A stretch of 62,967 bases of DNA, the filler included, from Choristocarpus tenellus KU-1152 (Eukaryota; Protista; Phaeophyceae): NCBI GenBank assembly GCA_964200185.2. It is 12 parts of 12 records of this genome, joined end to end, with 100 filler letters (N's around TTAATTAATTAA, not from the genome) between each part and the next. Parts side by side here need not be neighbours in the genome. Positions count along the whole stretch, not along the records: positions 50,045 to 53,372 come from CAXNAD020020776.1; positions 53,473 to 59,758 come from CAXNAD020008475.1; positions 59,859 to 62,967 come from CAXNAD020022273.1; 9 more parts are not named here. One strand, 5' to 3'. Shown in pieces: positions 50,074-62,923 of this stretch; positions within the stretch are counted from its first letter, which is position 1; each line of letters begins with the position of its first letter. The notes under the pieces were generated by a model. The model did no database searches. It had not been told where the DNA came from and saw only the letters and a program-made list of their open reading frames with translations. A program made the position numbers and the translations under genes.

Positions 50074-53000
50074 ACTACTTCTCATATATCTACAAACTGA
50101 CAGTTGCACTATGACACATTGTAGTGCGCCTTGCTTGCCTTCAATTTTTCTTGCAAATTGGTATCACACATCCCACTATCTGTTGCTGTACCTCATCCCT
50201 AGAATCTTGGTCAGAACTTGCCTGGCAGCAATGAAGCCTTGTCGCCACGAGCCAGGTTTTCCTTGTTCTTTCTTGAGGGATAGCGACAGACAGAAAGGTA
50301 CAGGGGTGTACCTTTCCATTGCGATTTGTATGCGATCCGACGAAAAAATGTCCTTGAAAAGAAAAGCAGACATTGCCTGATCTTGAACCTACATTTCTGT
50401 GATGAAAGGTGATAGACCACCACTATTTAGTCATGACAACACTTCATTCACTACATATACTCCCAGGTATAACATACATTCCTTTTGTGCCTTTCGACAC
50501 TGAGAAAAGAATAGTGTTTAATACCTCCATCTTAAAGGCTGAATAGTGTCTGTTGTGGACTTCAAAGGTAACACTCGGTCATTATAGCCAGAAGCCCTAA
50601 TTCTGACTATGACTTCCTTGGAACGCACCCTATCAAACCAACACACATAATCTTGAATAATGATTATCTTGGGTCAGTTTTGATGTTGTACAGGTGGATT
50701 CTAGGTGTATTACTAATATTATAATATCCCAAAATCGTAAGATCAAGAATTTCCTTTAAATATGTATACTTCTGGAAAATACACGTAGGACTAATGGTGG
50801 TCGATGGAACGACTGCAATAATAAAATACTAGTAGAGGGAAAAAAGTACAACTTACGGTACATGATACTGACCATCAAATGTTTCTGGATCATACTAAAT
50901 CTTCCGTATACCGAGAAATGCAGTGTCCTAGATTCTGACAGGGACGGTGTGCACATTTTTTTTGATGTCAAGCAGTTTCAACTCAGACTCCTGTTCAATA
51001 GTAGAACATCCTGCAAGAACAGTAAGAGAATGTTCTATTTCCAATCTCCCACACATGAGGCCTATTTCCTCGCAGCAATACTGCTTGGTGGATGTGCACC
51101 ATACATGATGACCTGTACGATCAATCGTTATTAATTGGCAATGGCATAACCGATTGTAATTGTATGTCGCAAATCCTGTTAGTTTACATCTCAAATTTGT
51201 TCACATTGGTCTAATATAAATAGTCCCAAACCCACGGTCAAGAGGTATGAATAGTTAGAAGAGAAGCATTACACAACAGATGAGAAAATAAAAATATAGT
51301 GAGAAAGAAAAAAGTGAAGTATGAGAAAAGGAGAGAAAAACCCTTACGTAACTAAGAAGTCCGACACGAAAACCCAACCCAATAGTTGGGATAGGACTTC
51401 ATTAATATCATCACACATCAATTCAGTGGCATATCCACTCGATCCAGTCTGATTTGCACTCAACATGTGTCACACAAAGGAAAGAGGATCGCGCGAATAA
51501 CTGACCCCAAAAGAAAAGCGAAAATAATGAGAAACGCAGCATTATGTGCAACCAGTAGTGAGTGTGCATGCGCCCTGATTTGCATGGGCTGCTTAGCTGT
51601 TGATCTAGTATTGCACACACAAGGCAACAACCACAGCTTCCCTGGAGTGCCACTCCCCCCAAAAGCTCTATGTTCCATTAACCACAAACAAATACCACCT
51701 GTGTCGAGCTTTGCTGCTGTACTACATCCCTTGGTATCACCAAAACGTTCTTGATCAGATGCCATTTTGACTTTAAACCCAAGAAAGCTTAGAGCATCAA
51801 CATAACTTAGGGATGTTAGGATGCAATTGCCCTCACCTTCAAACTATTGTAGGCCTCCCAGCCTTCAGAAGTCCAATACATTACTAAAGTAGCAGAAGAG
51901 CGCCATTGCAAAAGGAACCATGATGCACACAATTTTGGTCATACTTCAAAGTAACTAGTATGATCTCCGTAGGTGGGTGCAGCTTCCAAAACATTAAAAA
52001 CAATCCCGTAGGTGTTTAACCTCACCTTCAATTAACAATTCTACCATCTGCTTAGAAGGATTTTCCCCCTCAGGATAATTCAATGATGAAACTATTACAT
52101 TTTTTTTCCGGAAAAAATGCTGTAGAATGAGGGAGCAGTGCTTTTGGATACTGTTTCCTTAACCTATATCTCAAGCAAAGGCAGTAATTGCTATGGAGTA
52201 AATGATATTCCTGCCCCCTGTTTGCCAGTGGCCGCGTTCATTTGTATAGTGCCACTTTTGATTGCTGACAACAGAAGGCTTTCATTTTCCACTCCCTTCA
52301 TCCACCCCTGTTGCGTTCATCCCAAGAAATGTGTGGTGTGGTGTGTGGTTAAAATCATCACCACCACACCTTCCAACAACAACTGCTGCTGTATTGTAGG
52401 TGTTCGGGGGTCAGGTTATGAGTCCACAAAAGCAGGGGTCAATTCCCTTTGCCTGCCTATACACACAAAATCAAGCAGGTGGTTGAAAGGTGACTGTTAG
52501 AGCCACTCAGCATGCTCCAGTCCTAAATGACCAACTGGCTAGAATGAATAAACCTGTTTGCCCTTCTGCACAATACCAGCTAATTGTAGTGTACATGGTG
52601 ACTTAAAAAGATCTCTAGACTGTACGGATACATTATATCGTCTGATGATGAAAAGCGAGTGTTTTCATTGACTTCACACCTTAAACATAGTACAAAGTAC
52701 TTCAGAGGAAATAATACTATCATACTGTATGCGCAATTCAAAAACCGTCTTTGTCCCCAATGCCATTGAATTCTTGTGTAGTCATAGATGGAAGGTTATA
52801 TTCCAGTTATTGCAGGTTCAGCTCTTAAACAGCAGACGGATTCAAAATCGCCTTTTACCTAGAGAAAACACCTTCAATTAGTATTAGTGTGTCCGGATCA
52901 AATTTTTGTTGTGCCACCAACTAACACTGTTGGTCGAAAGCGGGCACAGGTAATCAACAACCACATATACTTCCACTTTTCTTACTGCTTGGGACAAAAA

Positions 53001-53334
53001 AAGAACAATATTACTTCAACTAACGGAATAGAATATCCTTCGAATCCCAAGATTTGAAAAGCTTACCTACTATCAAATTATTCCGTGTTGTATGACACGT
53101 ATTCACAAACCCACAGAGGTATATTCTCATCCTTTCAAAGAACCCACGGCTTTGAATAGTCTGTTTAAAAGTCCAGAAATTGGCTAAATGGCGACGCTAA
53201 GAATGCAGATATTTCCCTGAGTAAAGACCAGCTCGTACCAGCAATTTGCACACCTCCAACAAAAGGTGTAGTATTGATTTCAATGAACAATATGTCAAAA
53301 CCTTTTAGACAGGTCACAGTATGTGCATGAACGA

Positions 53335-53515
53335 GACTCAAAGTATCTGGGGGGGGGGGGGTGGTTTGTGAGNNNNNNNNNNNNNNNNNNNNNNNNNNNN
53401 NNNNNNNNNNNNNNNNTTAATTAATTAANNNNNNNNNNNNNNNNNNNNNNNNNNNNNNNNNNNNNNNNNNNNCCAACACCACACACACACACACACACCC
53501 CAGATACTTTGACCC
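53335..53515 (-). mobile_element. F3 MITE ends (53335-53372 and 53473-53515) on either side of a spacer
   Basis: Match the reverse complement of the two ends of 59522-59699. Confidence 0.75.
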
Positions 53516-54679
53516 AAGTATGAGGATTTTATGTACCCCCTGTGTTGCCAATAATACTCACCATTGCTCATCCTTGGAACACAACTCATGTTTAATTTGA
53601 AACATCAAACTGCTATCATGCGTTCTCACTATTGCTGTTGCTCTTCCTCCCCCTCATACAGGATGACAATAGCCCAAACCCAAAAATCCTGAAAGGTTCA
53701 ATCACTCGAGCAAAAAATGTGTCATCTCTATCCCACGCAGCTTGCTTTACTCTTCATGGACATAAAACTCCTCAAAAAACTGCATCGGTACAAAACTGTG
53801 TCATTACAACTTACACTCCCACTACCATTAGCATTAGATCCCTACTGATTCTCTTTTGCCTACTATCACCAAGGACAAAGGAAAATTGATCTCCCTCAGA
53901 ACAATATTCCGCCTCCCCCCCAACCCCCGCCCACCCCCCAAGAAATAATTACATTATATACACAATTCAAGTAAATTAGATCAATTCGAGATAGTCCTCA
54001 AAAAGTGACTCCCCTAATGTATCTCAAACACCACTACTAAAACAAGAACCCCACGAAACTCGAGTATTAGAATTCAGGACACTCGCTCGCGATTATGACG
54101 ACTTTGAAATCCTACCATCACTGGAGGAGCAGCCTAACAATAATGCCAGTCAGTTCCTGATCTCTATAGCGACAGGGACATCGAGCACTGGCTCTGGGAA
54201 TGTTGGATGTCAAGTGGAAGATGGCACAACACTTTGGAATCTAAGTTGTAATGAGGGGGAGTGGCTGAGGTATATTTCTCAATGTCCTTTGTGATTTCTA
54301 CATGTTACAATGGACAATATACAGAGGTGAGTTTACAAATGACTAGTAAATGAAAATCCGTCATATACAGGCACAATCTCGTGTAATCAAATGTGGAATT
54401 GGTTCACCTCCCCCCTCCCCCCCCGCTCTCTAGTTAATTGAACCATCTAGTTATACGTAGGTGGGTCCCGTCAGTTACACCTATATGCATACATACAATA
54501 ATATCAACGTTGAAAAACAGTACAATGCAGGAGTAGTCACAGCTAACGTGCATGATGAAGGACTCTCAAAAGGAGAAGGAATCACTGCAAATGGCGCCTG
54601 GATATGGAGGCGAAATTCTCAAGTACTCATATAATGCCTGCCACCTTTTTGGAACAACACTCAGACCACCAACACCCAC

Positions 54680-57600
54680 CTTCGTATCCGGGCACTCTTG
54701 TCTTCCCAGCGCTCATTGAAGAGGTCTTTTGGCCAGGAGTACTCTTCCTTTCCCCACCTCTCCTCCCCAACCCCTGACCCTTCCTCTCCACTACCCTCCA
54801 TTTCTTGACCAGAACTATTATTTTTATCTCTTCCACTTCCTTCACCTGACATTCCCCTCTGGTCACTACGAATGGGTAGAACCTTACCAAGCAACGGCTC
54901 TCCAATTTGTGCATCTGGGGAGATGGTTCCAGCAACAGTCCCGACACCCATGCCATCACCATGGTCCCTCGCCTCACCCTCTACTAAACCCATTCCCAAC
55001 TCTTCATCCTCATCTCCAGCTAAGAGACTGTAATCATCACTACCATACGCACTTCGATCAACACTGCCGGCCCATGCTCTTCCTCCCTCTCCCCTTACCT
55101 TCCCCTCTGCACCTTTGCCCTGGTTTCCCCAGTCAAACTGCCCCCCACCAACACTTACTCTTGCCATTGCCTCTACTGCTACCTTTTCACCAGACTCCTT
55201 TTCCTCAACTGTTCCACCTGCCGGACTATCTGTGACATCCCTACTGCCCACAGATAGAGTCCACTCTCTACCCCCAGGGAGGCGTATAGTTTTGTGGATT
55301 CGGACTGAGGGGGCGGGGCGTGGCAGATGCTCCTGCAACCACTGCCATCGCCAATTTCCTCCTTGCCCCTGCTCTGCAGTTGCACCTTCCCCATCCCTAT
55401 CCCCTTCCCCTTTCCCCCTGCCAGCACCACCAGCCAATAGCTTTTGGATAGGGGCATCTACCACCTCAAAGCAGACAAAACATGGCACACGCTCCTTAGT
55501 TGAGAATGCAAATGACTCTGATGGGTGCACATTCACCACACGGTGCCTTCTGTTTCCAAGAGGGATGTAAATCAACTGCTCATGCCCTCCCCCCAACTTG
55601 TTATCCTCAGCTTTTGTTTCCTGCAGCCTCTTGGAGCCCTCCTCAGTTCCCACTCCAGTCCCCCCCAATTCTTCAATCCCAAACCTGTCCCTACTGGCGA
55701 AATCACCTCCACTATGGTCACTGGGAATGCCATAGCCCTCTCTCAAACTACTTTCTCCCCTCACACTACCAAAGCACTCCATTGCAATGGCACTAAGTTG
55801 ATCCCTAAGCCCCTTAGTTCGCTCTTCCTTGGGCAGGGTCCTCAGCGATCGGGACATACCTGTGAGCCTTGCCAAGAAGGAGGGGGTATCCGTATACAGA
55901 TTCACATTCTCATCCTTTAACTGCCCGCTCTCCTCCATATCCAATCCCTCTTCTGTTTGTATTGCCTCTGTCCCTCCAACATCCCTGACCATCCTATAAG
56001 CGGCCTTTTGACCACATTCCCCAATCTCAACTAGTAGGCGCTTGAGAGCCTTAATTCCACGTTGATCAATAATTATCTCATCACCTCCACCCCACACCTC
56101 GTTTGTGTTGCTGGCGTGTCCTTCCAAGGCCCCATTACCTCCACTGTTCTTGCCAGAGGTATCACTATCCCCAACACGGTCACCACCTATGCCTGTTGAG
56201 GGAATGGAAACAGAATCGACAAGCTTTGAAGGGGGGAGACAAAAGGCCCTCAACTGGAACTCCAAGGCATGTGCAAAGTAGAGATTTTCTGAGCACCGGT
56301 TGAGGAGCCAAGCCTCGAGCTGACCCCCAGTGTAGTAGGAGTTCCACACAAGAAAGGTAGCTAACTGCAGTGGCAATATTTTGTGCAGGGAGACGGGAAT
56401 GGAACTGAACTTGTAGGGGTGACTGAAGTGGTCTCATCATAAAAATTCTCCGATTGTGATCTTGCATTGGTCTGTTCAAACCAAGTTATTTGTCAGTTCA
56501 CACCCAATTGTGTTGTATGCAATAAATGGAAATAAACCACTTCCCACATATCCACCTAAAGCATTAAAACCAAGTTACACAGATGTATGATAGGCAGGTA
56601 CGATCCCCAAAGTCCAAGAACCAACAACAGTAGTAGCGGTTGTACATTAGCACACTATTCAAGATATGAGATATGGGAATTAACAACTACCTCCAAGCTT
56701 GCTCCCATCTCACCTGTGGAGCAAAGAACTCCAGGCATGAGGGTTCACTGGAAGCCACCTTCAGGAGGTCACCAAGAGTATCTTCATACGCATACATGCG
56801 CACCAACAGCCCAAAGGTCACCCGAAGGATCCTGTCCCGGCCCACAGCCCCTCCTGCTTCCCAACCCCACCGGCGTGTTATACCCTGCCCACTTCCACCA
56901 CTACTGACTGCTCCAATGGCACCACGCAGCCTCGATGACTGCCACATCTCAAGTAGGGAGTCCAGGCGGAAAGACCAGGTCTCCCTGGCCTCCTCCATCC
57001 TCCATGCAAAGTGTTCGACAATATCTATGGAAGAATCCTGTCTACTCGAGGTCCCCCCGTCACTCTCGCTTCCCTGCCATCCCTCCTGCTGCCTCCTTCG
57101 CTTTTGGTGGCGTCGACCATGTTGTTCCCCTGCCTGTTTCCGTTCTCGCGACTGAACGTCCTGGGTTCGACAAATATTGTCCGGTGCACCACCACCACCC
57201 AAACCCCCTCCTTCCTCCTCACCAGTTGGGACTTTGTTACCAGTGCATTCAGCACTGGAGAAGCTTGCGGATTCGCCACGTTCACTATCTATGATGCTGG
57301 CGCTTTCATTGTATGATGAGCCATACAGGCTGTCTTCACCCAGGAGGCGTGTGCTCAGTCGGGACCCCATAAAGATGGTTTTGTATCTTTCAAGTCCGAT
57401 TCCACCAGGGTAAGCAAGGGCACGTATCGAGTAGTGGTTTGTGGAAGGGTGGTGAGTTGAGTTCATGAAAGGGTTACTAAGTCTGGGGGTATGTTTGCTA
57501 GTCGTGGTATTCACGCCTTGCGCATATTCTTGCCCTCGCTCCAAGCTGCAATGTACAGTGGGGAAGGTCTAAAATACAACTGACTAATATTGCAACCTAC

Positions 57601-58279
57601 TAAACCGCATGTCCTAGAGAGTCAAACGTGGACACCAAGACTGTGCATGGGCATGACGGTAGACGAGGCGAGAGCAAACCTAGGAGTTGGCTGGCTGCTC
57701 CTCAGATGATTTAAGCACACAATCTGCATGGCTACAGATGCGATAGACAGCGCAATGAGCGTCCACCACAAGAAGACAGATATCTCACGGGGATCTGTGA
57801 CAAGGACTACCCCTTTTGCGACGAGATAGCACAAATTTGCAAATGCCCAGACTTTTCGTATAAAGGGCCACGTTAATTTCCGTCTCTGGAGAAAGGGAAG
57901 CACGTGTGGGAGAAGTACCAATATTCGGAGCAGGGCGAGCCATACCTTTTACAAGGGGTGGGGAAGAGAGGTGGGCTCATAATGTTAAATTAATATTTCA
58001 TGGCAGGCTACATATTTCGAGTAATACATGTTAGCATCAAGTAGATACGGGCAAAAGTGGGAAGAAAAGGAGGCAGGAGATCAAGGGAAGATACGAAAAT
58101 CTTCCCCTATCCTCGCCGACGCAAACGTAGCGTACCACATCCACCATTTGCGTGGCAAAGTCCTTTCCACTCAAGGCTGTGATGTACTGAGTACCACCAT
58201 ACTCGTAGGGGTTTTGCAGATATAGGAACACGACCGCCACATCACAGCCAATTGAAGCTGAGAATGGAGGAGTGAACAT
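54680..58279 (-). CDS. Phosphatidylinositol 4-kinase (type III beta/PIK1-like), 5' portion with N-terminal TM module. Exons: about 58279-58136, 57945-57680, 57545-56714, 56364-54680
   Basis: LEFFAPQLATFL..LLNRCSENLYFAHALEFQL (helical PIK region); IYIPL..RVVNVHPSES..STKERVPCFVCFEVV and FNERWEDKSARIR (lead-in to the kinase domain); the catalytic C-lobe was not found in this contig. Confidence 0.85.
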
Positions 58280-59521
58280 GAACAATTTCTATCCCAACCC
58301 AGCAACACCTTTCCTATCCACTATCCTTCTGATGCAATGAGACAACAAAGAGAACCTCACCTCACCATCATCCTCGCGCGGGATATGATGCGCGAAAAAT
58401 TAAAGTGGATGTGTATACTTGAATATTACGTGTGTGTTGTGAATTAAATTACCCCGAAAAATGTGTTAGGAAGGGGTTAGAATTAGAAGTGCCAAAAAAA
58501 ACAATGGTACTACTATTACATACTCCTACTACTAATACTAATATGTTTTGATATTATTGTAAGTTAGAAGAATTTACAATCAATCCATTTTGTTGAATCT
58601 CAAACTTTAAAACTTTATTCTCCCACTTTTTCGGTGAAACCAGACGTGTGACACCCTAATACCTTAATACTATGTATATGGTTGATTAAGTTCAACGATT
58701 TTGTATTATCATAACAACAAATAATAATACAACGATAAACACTACAATAGAGTAGTAGTTGTAGTGGAACTCTACACACAACTTCAACCTCGTTCCACAA
58801 ACATTCAACCCCTACAAACCAATTTATTAACTTCATAATACTGGGTATGTGAAAATGTCAACGCACCAAAGCTCTTGCAACAAGGAGGCAATCACAATCA
58901 CCAGACTGAACTCTTCCACCTCAGAGGGTAAGATTGAGTTTCACATATCATATCCCAACATCTCAGAATTAGTTGAGGAAATCCAGAACAGAACAAAAAA
59001 CTGAAAGCACAACAAATAAATGTCCCAGAATGACTGAGCAACATCACAGCAGAGAAATAGATCGGTCAGAATCGGAATGGATCTTCGTTCTGACAGTCAT
59101 TTTGGCTGTTTGGTCAAATCCCCATCTTGTGGGTGTGGTTGGTTGTTATGAACTGGTCCGTATAGCGAGTTTCAGTGAGGTGGTTGGCGGGCGCAAATGT
59201 ATATGACCGCACGTCTTATCCACTAATAAATGTGTGTGTCCGAGCCCCCAAAAAGGAATCTGTCCTTGACAGGTACAAAATGAAGGGAGATTCCTTTATA
59301 TACGCAGAAATGTCGTCCACATCACACTAAGAATCAAAACACCAATCAATCCTTCAACTTCATTGTGCAATACATATTGTCTTACGTCATCCCATACCAC
59401 TAAATACACACACGGCTTCTGTTGAGGGTTACCCCACCTATTTTAATAGAGTGTTCTGTGAGAGCCATATTCCACAGAAGGTATGCCCTGAAGGTTACCT
59501 ATCTTGAACATCATGCGGAAG

Positions 59522-59699
59522 GGGTCAAAGTATCTGGGGGGTGGTGTCGACGTCCGTTTTTCACCCTTTTTTTCTTTTTTTTCTTTTTTGGAGTGATTTG
59601 GTCGCACCTGTCGGATTTGAAATGTCAGCAAAAAAAATAGTTTGACCGAAACGGACGCCCCCTCACAAACCACCCCTCCCCCCCCATATACTTTGACCC
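59522..59699 (+). mobile_element. MITE subfamily F3, complete (178 bp)
   Basis: TIRs gggtcaaagtatctggggg / cccccatatactttgaccc; flanking direct repeat AAG. Confidence 0.92.
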
Positions 59700-59858
59700 A
59701 AGGTATACCCTGAAGGTGACCTATCTTGAACATCAGGATATTCGTGTTACTTTTGTTGNNNNNNNNNNNNNNNNNNNNNNNNNNNNNNNNNNNNNNNNNN
59801 NNTTAATTAATTAANNNNNNNNNNNNNNNNNNNNNNNNNNNNNNNNNNNNNNNNNNNN

Positions 59859-59880
59859 CCCCCCTCCCAGATACTTTGGG
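59859..59880 (+). mobile_element. F1/F3-type terminal repeat at contig start
   Basis: ccccctcccagatactttggg. Confidence 0.65.
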
Positions 59881-60621
59881 TGATTTGTAAAAAAAAGTCA
59901 AATTTTGCACATTTTTGCCAGCATCCTTAAAATGAAACTCCGGATACCTCTCATTACTTTCACTCAGTAGTATGCATTGATTTATCACAAATTGAGGACA
60001 ACATTTACATAAACAATAGCCAGCTCCATATTTTGAGGGGGGAAAATCAGATGTTCAAAATAATACCCTTTATCATAGTACGCTTCAACCTGTCTCAATC
60101 AAGAAATACATCCAACCTTGAAAATATTATGTGGAAGTAGCTTTTAATTCACTGTGTGCCCAGTTCAGTTTGTAATGTCTTCCATCATACCACCCACCTC
60201 ACCTTGTCCTATTGATGGGTACGTTGTCAAAGACCTCGATGTAGCTCTCTAACAGAGCTTCATGACCTTGTCTACTCTTAGCTCCATTTTCTTGGCAGTG
60301 CTGGTTCATGGTTATGGCATTTTGCGTTGTGAAGGTGTTGATGGTCAGGGACACCACACAGGTAAGGGAAGGGAAGGGCCGGGGCTAGGGGAAGAATGGC
60401 TGCCAGCAAAAGACACGATAATATGATGATGATGTCTCAAATGTCTGAGTCATGTTGTTGTGGAGGATGGATCATCTAAGTAGTACCAGAGACACTGTTC
60501 GAAGCAGTGAGCAAGAACAATATTGAATTTGTACTGAAAGAGGTCAAGGGATAGTCGAGAATGGACCTTTTGGTCTCGTTGAACCAATAGGTTGTGTTCA
60601 CCTTGTAACCTCCCATGCCCC

Positions 60622-61491
60622 CTAGTCCCAAATACATATTTTTTCTACCGGAAAACGTAGTTTACATGTCATGGTGGCAACCTTCTTCCCTCCCCCATGC
60701 GCATATGCCTGCCCTACACATTCCTGCATCATCTCAGCCTTCTCTTCCTGGGTCATCACTAGGAACGTCTCACTTCTCTCTACTCCAGACCTCACAACCT
60801 CCACTGCCAAGGCCACCTCGATCATCTCCTTTCTGACCTCATCCAGATGCTGCTTCAGCCCGTCCACCTTTCTCTCTGCACCACTGACATTTGTGCATGC
60901 CTCTCCTGACTTGTACATCTCCTCTTGACCTGCCATCAAATGGTGGGTTGACAGCTCTGCACACAGTGTTTCTGATGCTCCTGCTCTAGCTTTCTCTTGC
61001 ACCACCTGTGCATCAGAAATTGGTGCATCTTGCTCCTTTGAAGATATCTCTACTTGCTCTAATCTCAGCTCCATACTTCTCAGCTTTTCTTCAGCTTTGT
61101 CAGCTCTCATTGCCTCAGAATTCCAGGCAAATTTGATATCTGTCAACCTCTTCTGCACGATTTCTGTAAGTGCTGCCTGTGCATCGATCTTTTCCTGTCC
61201 AACACTCCTCAGCCTCTCTGCCTCCTCAGCCCTCTGGGCTTGTGCCTGCAGATCCTTTGCCAGGCGGTCTAACTCCATCTCATCCATTGAGGCCTTGAGT
61301 GCCATGGCCGCCAGTTCACCCTTCAAACCTTTCCTCTGTGTGTCAGTTGGGAATGTTTTTATCGTGTTAGCATGAAGGAGAGAGGCCATGAGGACAAAGG
61401 AATAGAATATGAGGCTAGAAGCTAAAGATGTAAGTGTCAGTCTTATGTTTGGGTGTGACGAATACCTGGCTGACCACACCATTTGGCTCAT
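60622..61491 (-). CDS. Exon of an unknown coiled-coil protein (ORF limits exceed the true exon)
   Basis: E/K/A/Q/L-rich heptad-like core (ELDRLAKDLQAQAQRAEEAERL..RADKAEEKLRSMELRLE). Confidence 0.6.
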   Translation of the reverse strand: MSQMVWSARYSSHPNIRLTLTSLASSLIFYSFVLMASLLHANTIKTFPTDTQRKGLKGELAAMALKASMDEMELDRLAKDLQAQAQRAEEAERLRSVGQEKIDAQAALTEIVQKRLTDIKFAWNSEAMRADKAEEKLRSMELRLEQVEISSKEQDAPISDAQVVQEKARAGASETLCAELSTHHLMAGQEEMYKSGEACTNVSGAERKVDGLKQHLDEVRKEMIEVALAVEVVRSGVERSETFLVMTQEEKAEMMQECVGQAYAHGGGKKVATMTCKLRFPVEKICIWD

Positions 61492-62259
61492 GCTTCACAT
61501 CATGTAAACTAGCTCTACGGATACTGGTAGAGGGTACAACTTCCTGCTATGTATGTACTATCATTTGGAAGGGAATAGTGACTTCCCAGCAGTTTGCTGT
61601 TTAAAGGTACAAAACTTTTGGTGGATTTTGTCTGGTAAGTCAGTGAGGAGCAAGTGCTGAAGAAGCGAGGGACATTTGATGAATGTCATGACGGGAGACA
61701 TCTACACTATGTGATATTCCTTTCTACAATCAGAGAGGGCTGCCTGTAGATGTGCAGCCAAGACTTGAGAATAAGTTGTTAGAGGGAATTGCATTGGAGA
61801 GACTGACGAGCGATTTGAATGAAAGCATCACAGAGAAGAACGTCATTGTTGTGAACTCATGGATCCAATGGGTTGGTACAATTTATATTCCGAAGATCAG
61901 AGTATGCAGAGCAAAATGGGAAAATACGAGATGAGGTCCGGATTGTCCACCAAACCGATGCCATGAGGGAGGAGACGTGTTAGATGACTGGCCCTAGGAG
62001 TGGGCAGTGGATATTGATGTGGAGGACGGGAGAGGTCAGGAAGCAATTGACCACTGTAGTTTCGGCACAGGAGGTCAAAGATTTGAGAGCTGAGAGGACT
62101 GAAACTGGTGGAGGCCAGATGAAAGGACAGCAGCAGGAGAGGGGTGTGTCAGGCAGGCCATGCAGGTGAAGGAGGGGGAGAGCCATGCTGAAACACATAA
62201 AGAACGATGGGGGGCAGATGTGTAAGACCATCAGCAAGCAGGTGGCCACACACCATGTG

Positions 62260-62513
62260 GAGCCAAAGTATTATCTTAGAGGGTAGAGCCGTGTCCACTT
62301 GGGGACAAATATCCAATGTTCCGATTTTGATATAATTTTGACTATGTTAGGGAGTGCCAATATCCTTGTTCCGGACATACTTTCTGATAATGTAAACATT
62401 TTACCTACTCCGAAACATTTCGGAGTTTGAAAATGTCATAAAAACCCTGTGGGAAGCCAAACCCCAAACGGACAAACAGGGCAAAACCTGTACCCTCTAG
62501 GGTACTTTAACTC
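62260..62513 (+). mobile_element. MITE F2
   Basis: TIRs present; flanking direct repeat TGTG. Confidence 0.9.
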
Positions 62514-62624
62514 TGTGGTGAAGACGCAAAGCCGACTCAAATGGCCACGGGGAGAAGTTGGTCATAAGTGCAACCTCCTCCAATATAGCACTTAAGGTTT
62601 GAAGCCATGGTCAAACTTGATGTT

Positions 62625-62892
62625 AAGCTAAAGCATTTAAGAGGGAAGAGCCGCTTCCATTTGGAGTCATAAACCCAATGTTGCGATTTTGATGAATTTT
62701 GACTATTGTGTTTGTTAGCAAGTGTCAATTCCTTCCTCGGACATACATTTCATAACTCTATATGTACTACCTATTCCGAAATCCGAAATTGTTCACCCAG
62801 AAAACCGAAAAAAGGCAAAAAAAAACTGTGGGAAGCTAAGCCCCAAACGGACAAACAGGGCAAAACTCATACCCTCCTAAATGCTTCGGCTC
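62625..62892 (+). mobile_element. MITE F2, diverged copy
   Basis: agagggaagagccgcttccatttgg ... ccccaaacggacaaacagggcaaaactcataccctc. Confidence 0.8.
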
Positions 62893-62923
62893 TTTTAGGG
62901 GATTATCACCTTGTAGGATACTT

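Noticed and set aside
51600-52050. Second degenerate Harbinger (FLGLKSKWHLIKN..FVCG*WN, minus strand)
   Set aside because: Only one weak motif; no supporting catalytic motifs recognised.
53560-54620. Next PI4K exon (expected IVK..DDLRQE)
   Set aside because: No phase-consistent exon with this motif found; probably beyond the contig end.
2633-59858. Recurrent TTAATTAATTAA motif as a biological repeat
   Set aside because: Always centred in a fixed 100-nt N spacer: an assembly linker. ORFs ending in X..LIN are artefacts.
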